Of a stretch of DNA of 31,801 nucleotides, positions 1 through 12,511 are shown piece after piece. The notes beneath the pieces are model-generated. The model saw nothing but the letters and a program-made list of their open reading frames with translations. It was not told the DNA's origin and did no database searches. Position 1 is the stretch's first letter. Each line of letters begins with the position of its first letter. Source of the DNA: Folioceros fuciformis. Lineage: Eukaryota. Position numbers and translations under genes: made by a program. Where the stretch lies: assembly GCA_049999805.1 (NCBI GenBank), contig JBNGIO010005395.1, forward strand, positions 62,001 to 93,801, in the 5' to 3' direction.

Positions 1-87
1 GCGCGGGAATTCGGTAGCTCCGCTGCAAGATCCGTAGAGCCTGCCATGCTGGGATTCCGACTCTCTTCTTGGAGCGGCAGGGGCAGC

Positions 88-215
88 GGGCTCGGGCTCG
101 GGCTCGGGCTGGGGCNNNNNNNNNNNNNNNNNNNNNNNNNNNNNNNNNNNNNNNNNNNNNNNNNNNNNNNNNNNNNNNNNNNNNNNNNNNNNNNNNNNNN
201 NNNNNNNNNNNNNNN
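88..215. repeat. (GGGCTC)n microsatellite running into a 100-N assembly gap (116-215)
   Basis: About 4 GGGCTC units at 88-110, directly followed by exactly 100 N, a placeholder gap of unknown true size. Confidence 0.9.
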
Positions 216-402
216 CTTGAGGCGCGGGCCCGGGATTCCGGCCCGGTGCGGGACGGCGGCAGGGGAGCATGAGCGTGCGTAGCGTGGGAGGCGGATCTCG
301 GCATTGGTGCCGCGGGGCAGGACTGGGGCAGGGGGTTAGGGTTGGATCGCAGATCTAAGGGCGCCTAGCGCGGCTCGGCTGGCCCCGGATCGCGCTACCA
401 TC

Positions 403-2630
<2,228 letters not shown>

Positions 2631-3765
2631 GCAACGTCAAATAATCTGTGCCATCAGGACAGCAGTTCTCTGACTGCTCCAGAAAACCTGTGAGTGAAGA
2701 AAATGTGAATCACTGTGGTTTTGGCAGACTAATACGGAGGTCTGAGTCAGAAAGTCGGGATGTGCATATTAGACTGAATAGTGGTCGTATTTGGAGGAAA
2801 AGCTGCAGCGATTTGAGGGCAGCAACACATTTTTCTCTCCGCCAAGCTTCGCCCGCTCTGGCCGAGGGCCTGCAGAAGTCTAGAGTTGAGAAACTGTAAC
2901 TTTACTTATTCCAGTATACAACTTTGTTTCCCTTGGTCAAGGTGACTTGTGAGGAGCCCATCGTCCGCAAGCTCTTTTCTTGTCCCCTAGGGGCCCTTCA
3001 CGATTTACCTCAGCCTGTGACGTACTTCTTGCATTGCAGCACAAATTTCGTTTCGGGTTGTAACTGAACCAACTATTACCCCAACGATAATGGCCAAAGG
3101 CCGGTCCCATTGGCAGGGTAAGCGGTGGCTTTAACCCTCTCTTTGACAAAATAGTCTCGTTTCTTCCCTCTGCCAGGTATATAATGAATCCGCTAGGGGA
3201 AATGTTCCTAACTTTCCTTTAGAATCACTCTTCCTCTTGAGACTGGAGTTGGTGCGCCATTCATCATCATGCATGAGAGTAGGCAGTCTCACAGCCACAG
3301 CTTGTGATCCAACCTTCCGTGTCTTCAGCTGCGTTGTCGTGGTATGCTCCGCCCGCGGCCCCGCCTCCACCTCCTGCTTGTTGCATGTCCTGCGCACACC
3401 GAAAAGGGGGCAGAATTGGTGAGGGTGAAGCTTGTTTCATCCCTTGGTTAATGATCTGCACGGTGAGCTGTTGTTTGGCTTCGGTTCGGTTGTTGCAGGC
3501 GCTGCGGCTTTGCGCTTGTCCCCTCCCTCCAGCCATCCTGAGCTTGAGGAATTGGAGCCCCAGCGCTCGGTGCTCGGTGTGATTCTGATCTCATACCCTC
3601 AACCATCCTGCGGTTGCCTACGAATTCTTGAATTGTTGTCGTGATGCTCAAGTTTGTGCTGGTTCTCCTGGTTGCCTCTGCGAGCTTTGCGTGAACAGTA
3701 GCTAGTTTGGCTCTGGGTTCCTCGGCGTACTTTGAGTCGATACTCGGAAACGACAAATTCCGCGA

Positions 3766-3774
3766 TATATAAAA
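3766..3774 (+). promoter_or_regulatory. Putative TATA box of the orphan membrane-protein gene
   Basis: TATATAAAA about 175 nt upstream of ATG 3948. It is followed by a plausible 5'-UTR intron (GAG|GTACGG at 3801 to AACCTAG| at 3937). Confidence 0.45.
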
Positions 3775-3947
3775 GGTCAGTATCTCCTGAGAGTACTGAG
3801 GTACGGCCTGCCATGGATTGTGTTATTTTATTGCTTCTCTCGTCCTGCCTGGATGCCCTGCCAGAGTTTTGCGATGGTTTGGCGTGCTAATTGTGTTGTA
3901 GTTTGTGTTGCATCCCTTTCGGCTGGGCTGAACCTAGATCCGAAAAG

Positions 3948-4829
3948 ATGAGTCAGGTTCCGAATTCCTACACAAGTGCAGGTGCACCCTACCGTCGCAA
4001 GTTTAGGCACCTTCGTGCACCGACGGTGTCCTCCCTCATGCTGTTAAGGGTAGTAGCAGCAGCGCTGCTGACTCTGATAATCAGCTTAATTACGTACAAC
4101 CCTTCATCCCGCCCCGTCTGGGCCCAGCGGGGCAAGACTGCGCTCGAAATCGTGTCACCGCTCCAAGCCTTAGTTACTGAAAATAAGATTCAGGAGGAGC
4201 TTCTTGGTGAACAGGACCGAATTCTCGTGCAGAAGATCGGTGAACAGTCCAGCTTGGAATTCAAGAACCTCCTCATCTCCGAGACAGTCGTCCCCAAAGA
4301 CTCTGCAGACAGGCTTCTGGATTTCGTCAAGACCCAGCTCCTCGCCAAGGAAGATGTCATCGTCCCTAAGCAAGCGGCTGCGATTCTGGAGATGGTGCGA
4401 CTGAACCCTCAGGAGTCCGTTGTGGAAATTGAGGCCATTGGGGACAAGGGCAGCTTGAGTAGTTCCATCGCACTTGCGCTCATCAAGCATCACGAGGATA
4501 ACATTCACTTCATGCTGGTGGCTGTGAAGGCCGAGCCGCACTTGGGAATGTGGAAGCGTCTCTCTCAGGCAGAAAGGAATTCGTGGAACGGGGTCATATC
4601 GAAGATGTTGAAGGAGAAGGTATCCTTGGAGACCAACCACTACCTCAAGCTTGGCAAAGTTCGCGCTGTGGAGCTTTCTTCACACGAGCAGAAGAAGCCC
4701 AACTTTGCCACTCGAGGTGCTAACTACTACAACAAGCCTGCCTCTGAATTGCAGGGGTCCATCTCCGAATTGCAGGAGCCCATCCTTGATCCTGCACATC
4801 ACAAGGCTATTCCTGCGGATGAGGTGTGA
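3948..4829 (+). CDS. Uncharacterised single-exon protein, 293 aa, with N-terminal signal anchor/transmembrane segment
   Basis: 882-nt ORF from ATG 3948 to TGA 4829 with coding-like codon usage and composition. A basic N-terminus (RRKFRHLR) precedes the hydrophobic LMLLRVVAAALLTLIISLITY, then a globular-looking domain. No family recognised. Confidence 0.75.
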   Translation: MSQVPNSYTSAGAPYRRKFRHLRAPTVSSLMLLRVVAAALLTLIISLITYNPSSRPVWAQRGKTALEIVSPLQALVTENKIQEELLGEQDRILVQKIGEQSSLEFKNLLISETVVPKDSADRLLDFVKTQLLAKEDVIVPKQAAAILEMVRLNPQESVVEIEAIGDKGSLSSSIALALIKHHEDNIHFMLVAVKAEPHLGMWKRLSQAERNSWNGVISKMLKEKVSLETNHYLKLGKVRAVELSSHEQKKPNFATRGANYYNKPASELQGSISELQEPILDPAHHKAIPADEV

Positions 4830-5053
4830 CGTAGACGCCATCTCTGGCCCATTTCTGGCGGCAACTGCGAGTCCACTGTGGGTCTTATTAATCCCGTTTT
4901 AGTGTCACAAGTCTATCGCATATCATGGCTAAGGCCGTGTACATTTTTGATGTAAATGCGTGTAAGTTTTTTCACTAGAATTCCTCTCCGTTTTTAGACC
5001 TAGCCAAGTGTTCGAACCCCCGAGTACTTGCGAGACGGGCTGACACTCCATCA

Positions 5054-8000
5054 ATGGCTGCGGGCTGCGGCTTGTGCCTGGGGCTGGCTCGTAGCTCCTT
5101 CGGCAGCTTGGCCTCCCTCTCCGTCCCCCACGACCGCGAGGGCGAGGGCGAGGGCGTTGGACTGAGTGCCCGATGGTCACTCCTGCCTCACGACAAGGAC
5201 ATGCTGCATGCCAGGCAGCTCGCCAGAGCAAGGCTGTCGCTTCCGGCCCTGGGTCCGTTGGTACAAGCCGCTGCTACACGATGGCGGGGCGTCAGGTGCT
5301 TGGCGCCTGCAGGTGCGTGAAACCTCGCCAATCCCACTGGTCGAGCTGCACCCTGCTTTGTGGTGTGGGATGGTTGATTGACGGCCGTAATTGCTACTGC
5401 AACAGGGCTTCCTGCTGTGTTGCTTGATGGGGAAATGCCGGAGGAATCTGACCTGGTGGAGATAGGGTTCATTGCTGGCACCCACGGTGTTCATGGGGAG
5501 CTGCGCGTGCAATCCAAGACGGATTTTCCAGAGGAGCGTTTTGGAAAAGTCTGGTTTGGATTGAAATTTGGCATTCTGCAGTTTGCTTTAGCTTAGCTCA
5601 GTCGGAGGGTTTTGTCTAACGATTTTGTTGTCCCTATCTGTATTCAGCCAGGGATACGATGGCTCAGGTTACGATCCATGAGCAAAGAGCGAATACTGCC
5701 TGTGCAGTTGGTTGCTGGGAGGGTGGCTGCTGGCAAACAGCCATCCTGGTTTGTCAGTCTGAAAGGTGTCAACAGCCCTGAGCAGGTTTGAATCTGAGTG
5801 GTTGCACATCTGAATCTGGTTGCACCTGGATGATGCTTCAGCTGGAGTTGTAGTGTGCGGCTACATATCGGCGGTATCTGTGTTTTGGGCAGGCCAGTGA
5901 GCTTTTGGGGGCAACCATGCTTGCAGATTCAAGCTCAATTCCTGGTTTGGCGGAGGATGAATTCTACATACCGGACTTGGTTGGCATGAAGGTGGCGTTG
6001 CAGGTGAGGGGTTGGAAGGAAATTTGACAAAGGTGCAGGTCTGTGGATGAGCTGGCGGGGTATGATTGTTTTCTTTGTGTCGGTACTTGTGCAGGAAACT
6101 GGTCAACAGGTTGGGGTTGTCGAGGATGTGTTCAACAGTGGAGCGAGTGATTTGCTTCGTGTGAGGTTGTTGTCTGAGTCAAGCAATTCAGCTGATACGG
6201 GGAAAGGTCAGCTGGCTTGGATACCTTTTGTCCATGACATTGTCCCTCTTGTGGATAAAGAGAAGAGAAGAATTGAGATCACCCCACCAGCTGGGCTTTT
6301 GGAGCTGAACGTTCGTAAAGGCGTTGAAGCCAAAAGCGAACTGCGGAAGCAGGTCAGCATGCTGCACTGGCAATGCTTCTGAAACAAGGGCTTGAGTTTA
6401 AGAGAAGGCCCTTCGGCAGGCTACTTGACTCAGTTGCCAGCTGTTGCTTGCTGCCTGAACAGGCTGTGAGGGAGATGCGAAAATCCAGAGAAGTGTTAAC
6501 TGCGATTAAGAAAAAGATCCACAGATTGGGGCAGGATCATGTGCTGGCTGAGCTGTCCAGCCCTGATGCTGCCCAAAAGAAGATCCTTATGGAAAGCCTT
6601 TTTAGTGTAGACTTCAGTCAGTTTGAGCGGGCATTGACTCAATATAAAGCTGCGACCGCTTTCAGGTGAGGCCCGCAAAGTTAATCGATGGTCATGTTGC
6701 TTCTTGAATTCCACGTTCCATTCGAGTCACTGACACATGTTTGGCTTGGGCCTCACAGTGGGGAACAAGAGTTGCATGGAATACCACAACCACCTCCAGA
6801 CTTTCCTTCTGCAGATTGGGAGGGATTCGAGCAATGGCTGAACCCTTGTGATCAAGCTTTTGAAGACCAGATTCATGACAGTACGAAGAAGGAGAAAGCA
6901 AGGTGGTGGAGACGGGGGTTACAGCTTGTGGCTGAAGGCAAAGTATCGGTTGCAGTGCTGGCAGGTGGACAAGGTACACGGTTAGGGTCAGATGCCCCAC
7001 CTGTCAAAGGAATGCTTGACATAGGTCTTCCTAGTGGCAAGTCCCTATTCCAGCTACAATCCGAGCGCCTGCTTCTTGTTCAGGAGCTTGCATCGAGTGT
7101 AAGTCCTGAGAAACGTGCTTGTGCTCCTGATTGAGCCTGTACGTGCTCGAGAAGATGAACTATCATTCAACAATAGACTTGTTGTATTGACTCCCACTGC
7201 ATGTGACATCCATCACAGGAATTCTCGGGTGTGAAGTCACCAATTCCGTGGATTATCCTTACTAGTGATGCAACGGATGAGCATACCAAAGGTTATTTTG
7301 AGAAAAATGACTTTTTTGGGCTGGAGCAGTCACAGGTAGGTACACGGGGAGTTTCAGTCAAAATTCTTTACTTCCATGTAGTTGAAATTTCGTCTCGAAT
7401 CTGTTTCGTCCTTTGCACACTTCAGGTGGTTCAGTTTTACTTTGTTGTGGCAGGTGTGGTTCGTGAAGCAAGAAAGTTTGCCTTGTGTGGATAGGACCGA
7501 CCACAAGATCCTGATGGAAAGACCAACAAAAGTGGCGCTAGCTCCAAATGGGAATGGTGGCCTGTTCCAAGCCCTCAGTTCTGAGGGAATTCTGGAAAAG
7601 ATTGAGGAACGAGGGACTGAGTACATGCAGGTGTGTAAGAAATCTGAATCTGGCCAGCTTAGTGGACTATGTGATCACATGGTCAATCTTAAAAGGATAG
7701 CTTTTGTCTCTCACAGGTCTATGCGGTGGACAATGCACTGGTGAAAGTTGCTGATCCGGTGTTCTTTGGCTTCACTGCTGACCATAAAGCAGAAATTGGC
7801 GTAAAAGTGGTCTCTAAACAGCACGCTGAAGAGGCTGTCGGCATACTATGCTTGCAACAGCGTCTGTCTGCTGGATCCAGTCAGGCAGGACCAGGAGTCG
7901 ATGATCTCAAGGAGGGTAGCAGTGACAACCAAACATATTATGATGTTCTGGAGTACACTGAGATTCCTGAGGCGCTTAGGGCTGCTAGAGATGAGAAGGT

Positions 8001-8639
8001 CGGTGAAGAAGGTGACGGGCGTAGTAGACTTCTTTTCCGAGCAGCCCACATCTGTATTAACATGTTTTCAGTAGACTTTCTGAAGCGGATGAGTGGATGC
8101 CAACAAGAACTGGGATTCCATGCAGCCCATAAACGGATACCTCATGTGAAGCAGGATGAAGAGGGGAATTGGGTACAAGTAGATCCAGAGCAGCCAAATG
8201 GAATTAAGTTCGAACAGTTCATCTTTGATGCTTTCAGATTCGCTCAACCAGAGAAGGTGAGTAGAAAGTTGTTATGCATGGTCCGGACCGTACGCAGAGA
8301 ATGCTCCAAACTTTCCGAACTAACCCGCAAGTCATTTATCTATTGCAGGTGGCCATTTTAGAGGTCAGGAGAGAAGAAGAGTTTGCCCCAATTAAGAACG
8401 CTTCTGGTCCAGGAAGACCAGACTCTCCTGCAACTGCGCGTGAGCTGGCTCTTGGGCTGTATAATAAGCTTGTTTCAGATCGAAGGCTCCAGAAGTGTAC
8501 AGGACGGCAACATTATGCTATGATCGCATATGCAGGGGGACTGTATGGACATGATCCTCGGCACAAGGTGTTTATTGGTGTTGGAGCCAATGATGAAGAT
8601 GAAAGGCCAGACTACGCGGAGGCGTGTTTGTCCTTGTAG
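5054..8639 (+). CDS. RIMM: Plastid-type 16S rRNA processing protein RimM fused to a UDP-N-acetylglucosamine pyrophosphorylase (UAP/UDPGP) domain, 11 exons, ~858 aa
   Basis: Exons 5054-5312, 5406-5548, 5648-5785, 5893-6003, 6095-6352, 6463-6665, 6759-7098, 7219-7335, 7454-7630, 7717-8256, 8349-8639; 2577 nt in frame. RimM motifs: VEIGFIAGTHGVHGELRV..TDFPEERF, EDEFYIPDLVGMKV, GASDLLRV, WIPFVHDIVPLVD..ITPPAGLLEL. UAP motifs: LAGGQGTRLG, GLPSGKSLFQLQ, PNGNGG, VDN, GIKFEQFIFDAF, EEEFAPIKNA. Confidence 0.93.
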
Positions 8640-11600
8640 GCTTTTAGGCCAGTCAAAGCAAAGCAGCAGTGACATTGCAGCCATTAAACGTAAGCCTGAT
8701 GGTTCTTGTGACACGAAACAGTGCCACCCACCCAATTCCCAAAGCGCGTGACACTGAATTACATGTTGTGGTCGGACGCAGCCCTGTGACTTCCATGTAT
8801 TTGGATTTCTCCAACCTATGCCGAAGGACCGCCCGACCTTTCGGTTGGGAATTAATAAGGCGGATAAATCAAATATTTTTTTGGTGTTTGAATGGGGTGA
8901 ACCATACGCGGTGAACCATCTCGAAGTGTAACTCGAGAAATGGAATTTGAAAACTTCAGGGACCTGAGCAGATGAAAATGATGGGTAGCCATTCGAAATG
9001 TTCCCCTGGCAAGCTCCTTTTCATGATTGTTCGTGGGGAACGCAACCGAGTGGCCATGCTGGGCTTGCCGAACATCGGGTGGTATCCGCGAAATACGAGA
9101 CTGCACAATGCATGCGCCATGGAGGGAATTGGGCGGGAGCTCGGTCCGGGAGGAGTAAAGTCTCCGAGGGTCAATGATGTTGTTCTCTATGAGCCCATGT
9201 GCCCATACGAACCACAATTCAAAGGACAGTGCGGGATTTGGAATCCCAATCCTTCAAATCCTCGAGGACATCCGATGGAAATGCCCAGTCAGATGCGAGC
9301 ACCGGACTAGCACATACGTTGTGCAACAAGGTGGCAGATCTGAGTGACCGAAGCCTATCTTCTTCCAGCATCCCACTGGTGTGGCGTGTACGTTCCGGAG
9401 GGGAGAGCATCAAAGATCTCGTACCGGGAAGGAGGCGTCAGAGGCAAGATGTATGTATGCCACATGTCGCTGCCTCTTAAAACTAGTGTTTCTCCTCCAC
9501 TCTGCCCAGCCCAAGAATACATGGATGCATGCCAACGTGGCCCTACAGTTTCCAGCGATGCTACAGGCGTACACACCTTGTCGCCGCCCACGGTGATATG
9601 GCAACGTGGAGCACGAGCGCTCAAGCCAGGCCTCTAGCTCCGGCTGCCCAGTGCCCATGCCAACTGAAAGCCCTTCATCTCCAAATTTTACAATGGAATC
9701 CGGACTCCATCCCTGCCGCCCCTGCAGATAGTGGACAGTCTCGATTCCTGATACAGCAAGGAACGGTCCAGGGCGCCAATGACACAAATATCACGCGCGC
9801 TCCACCAACTAGAGACTGGCTACCCGCTCCTGGTGGATAGGGGTTGGAAACTGGACTGCCAGCCAGCCTCCTCGTTTAACGGCTTGGTTACCTCCGGTAA
9901 AGTTTGAAGGTTTTAGGGCCGGGCCACCCGCATTGATTTCCCTGCAAGCAAAAGCTGACAGACAAGGCAGCTCAGCAAGGCTGCAGCCTGAGAGAGGAGT
10001 TCGAGAACGGACCGCCTCCTTCAATGGGCAGAGCCTTTCAGGAATCCCGCATTCAATGCCCAGTTGCTCGCTTTGACACTTCCGACGGGCCAGGACGGGG
10101 CGGCCATGATGGCTATTGTGGCGGGGGTAATATGGCTTGGCGCCTTCACCAACTGCCTGTACCTACCCGGTTGGATCATGAGTCGATGATGGGTTCCAGT
10201 GACTCCGTCCCCAGGTCCCGAGCTGTAGCCTGGAAGGCCTGATGGGACAGTCTGCAACTCGTGAGCTCCATTCATGGCGACGGTGATTACGTCTCACTAA
10301 TCCCATCCCTAAGCAAGCGTTCACGTGCAGATCAAGCCTCCTTCCGTTCCATCTTGCATGGTAACTAAAGTACAAAGAGAGTTGACAAGCGGCGTCCTCC
10401 AGGCTCCAGTGCTCACTCTCCACACACAAGCAGTCCGATGATGACCAGTCTGACAGCCATGAACGGCGGACCCGATGATGGGCCTGCAGCCTGACAGAAA
10501 GAAGGAGTGGCAGAGGAGTGGGCGAAGGGGGAAGAAGAAACACCGCTGTGCGCTCTGCCTGCCTGCCATGCCACATCCTTGTCCTTCCCTGCACCCTGAT
10601 ATTTCGCCTTGCAGGTTGCAGCCCTCTCTCTGGCTTGGGCTTGCATGGAGCACACAGAAATGGCCAGAATAATGCTACGGCAGCCTACCCCTTTGCATTA
10701 TGCATCACGGATCCTGGAGCAGTATTTTTATCTTGGCCAGCGTCACGCGGACGACAAAGATGGGGCCACCGGGAGCATCCTTCGGGATTAGCAAGCAAGG
10801 CAGTGCCTATCTCCCGCGACCCTGTTTCACCGCGCTCCCTCTTTCAGACACGTTCCGTTGCTGGTGCCCTAATATCAAGGCCACCGCCAATGGCGGAGCT
10901 CCACGGAACGGCACGGCAGGGCCGGCCCGCTCTTCGAGACGGAACGGCCTCGACCCTGCACCGTCCCGCTCGCTCTCTTCCCGCTCCCACGCTGGTGCAT
11001 TTCCGATGTCCTTCTTCGGCTGCTGCCTCCACTACAGTACATACCGGGGGGTGGAGGAGTCGGAGGGAGATGGGAGGTCGGATCCTGCCTACCAATATGC
11101 AACACTGAGTGGGGAAAAGCACATCCTTGCGAGGAATGTACTGTAGCTTGTGCTGCTGTGCGGTGCACAAGGAATGTCCCAGCCCAGCCCTACCGATGCG
11201 CATTTTGGGAACGGGATGGAAGCACAACGGAACACTCCACGCCAGCTCCGCCTACCCTTCTGCCCCCGCCATTCTTGCAAGGACCCGCTTCCCCCCGATG
11301 GAACAGCTATGCGACAAGACGAGAATCGGGGGCATGCATGGATGGATGTGAGCAGTGCTGCTCGCCACTCAGCCTGTCGGCCGTTCCTGTAGCAACGTTT
11401 TGTTCCACATTTGGGTGATGTCACAATTCCCAGTCCGCACGCTGTGCTGTTGCGCCTTCCTCTCCTTAAAACACCAAACGTGCGTGCGAGGTCGGCCACG
11501 GCTTTGGTCAAGCGGCATGGCGTGATGCAAGGGTAACTATGTACAATGTACTGCACTGTACGCGCGCACTAGCCCCCTGTCTTCTCGCCACCGGCAACAT

Positions 11601-12511
11601 CTCGTTACGAGAAGGCCCTGGAAACCTTGCTTTCCCTTCCTATCCTTTCCTTTCTCGTCTCCCACTGGCCCCAGTTCCAACGACAGCATGTCCTGTGATG
11701 TCACATTGGCTGTCTAGGGTTTCACGGAGGGCTTCAAAATCCACATCCATTCATTCTACACCAGTCCATGCATGTAAGTACTGGACTCCCACGACGATGC
11801 AGCTCCTCTTTGCTTGTCCCGCTCTTCATGAAGGAATCCAGAGCTGCAACCTTTCACCGGCAATCTGACCTACCAGACGGGGCTGCGATCCGCTACACCC
11901 GAGTCGTGCAATTCCCTGTCCCAGTCCTGCAGTGAGAAGAAAGGCTGAAACTTCGGGGGCTCTGGGAGGGATTTGGCCGTAGGTGTGCGCGCACGTTCCA
12001 AAGCGGGGCAGGGTGATCGTACTCACAGGGCTCCAAGCAAGGGCAACGGTGCCCAACAACAACAACAAGGAGGGAGAGGACACCATCCATATACTGGAGG
12101 GAAGAGTGGAGATGAGGGCGGGCATTTGTTATCACAAAACCCGGGTAGGCACACGGCACAGGGCACTGACCACTGGACACTGGTCACCGGGTCTCTGGCA
12201 CTGCCGTCGCCACCGCAACCTCCACCTGACGCTCTATCTCCTCTCCGCTCCTGGCCCCACGTAGCCCTACCCACGATTCCTTGTCTTCCGCAAGTCGTTA
12301 ACGGAGCAAGTGACATTCCACCGCGACGGGGTTGTCCAGACTATGCTGTGCCCATCATCCCTCGTCTTCCCCAACGGCCCACATGCGTCATCTCGAGCTC
12401 TCTCTACCCAACTGTGGATACATCCAGTTGCGGTTGCGGACAGAACATCACATGTACTCCAGGTAAAGTATCTCCCAAGTACATAGAAAATGATGTCCTC
12501 CCATGTTCGGA

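Noticed and set aside
46..282. ORFs spanning the N run
   Set aside because: Artefacts of translating across the assembly gap.
3237..3700. Overlapping short ORFs with a possible intron upstream of the orphan gene
   Set aside because: The spliced reading I tried hits a stop within about 12 codons and shows no homology; more likely UTR or intergenic sequence.
9344..9637. Faint resemblance of SK...PLCP to DIRS tyrosine recombinases
   Set aside because: No R-H-R-Y catalytic pattern and no adjacent RT/RNase H ORF are visible.
10409..10512. Partial miR156-like strings (GTGCTCACTCTC; TGACAGAA)
   Set aside because: The matches are only 8-12 nt and are not arranged as a miRNA/miRNA* duplex.
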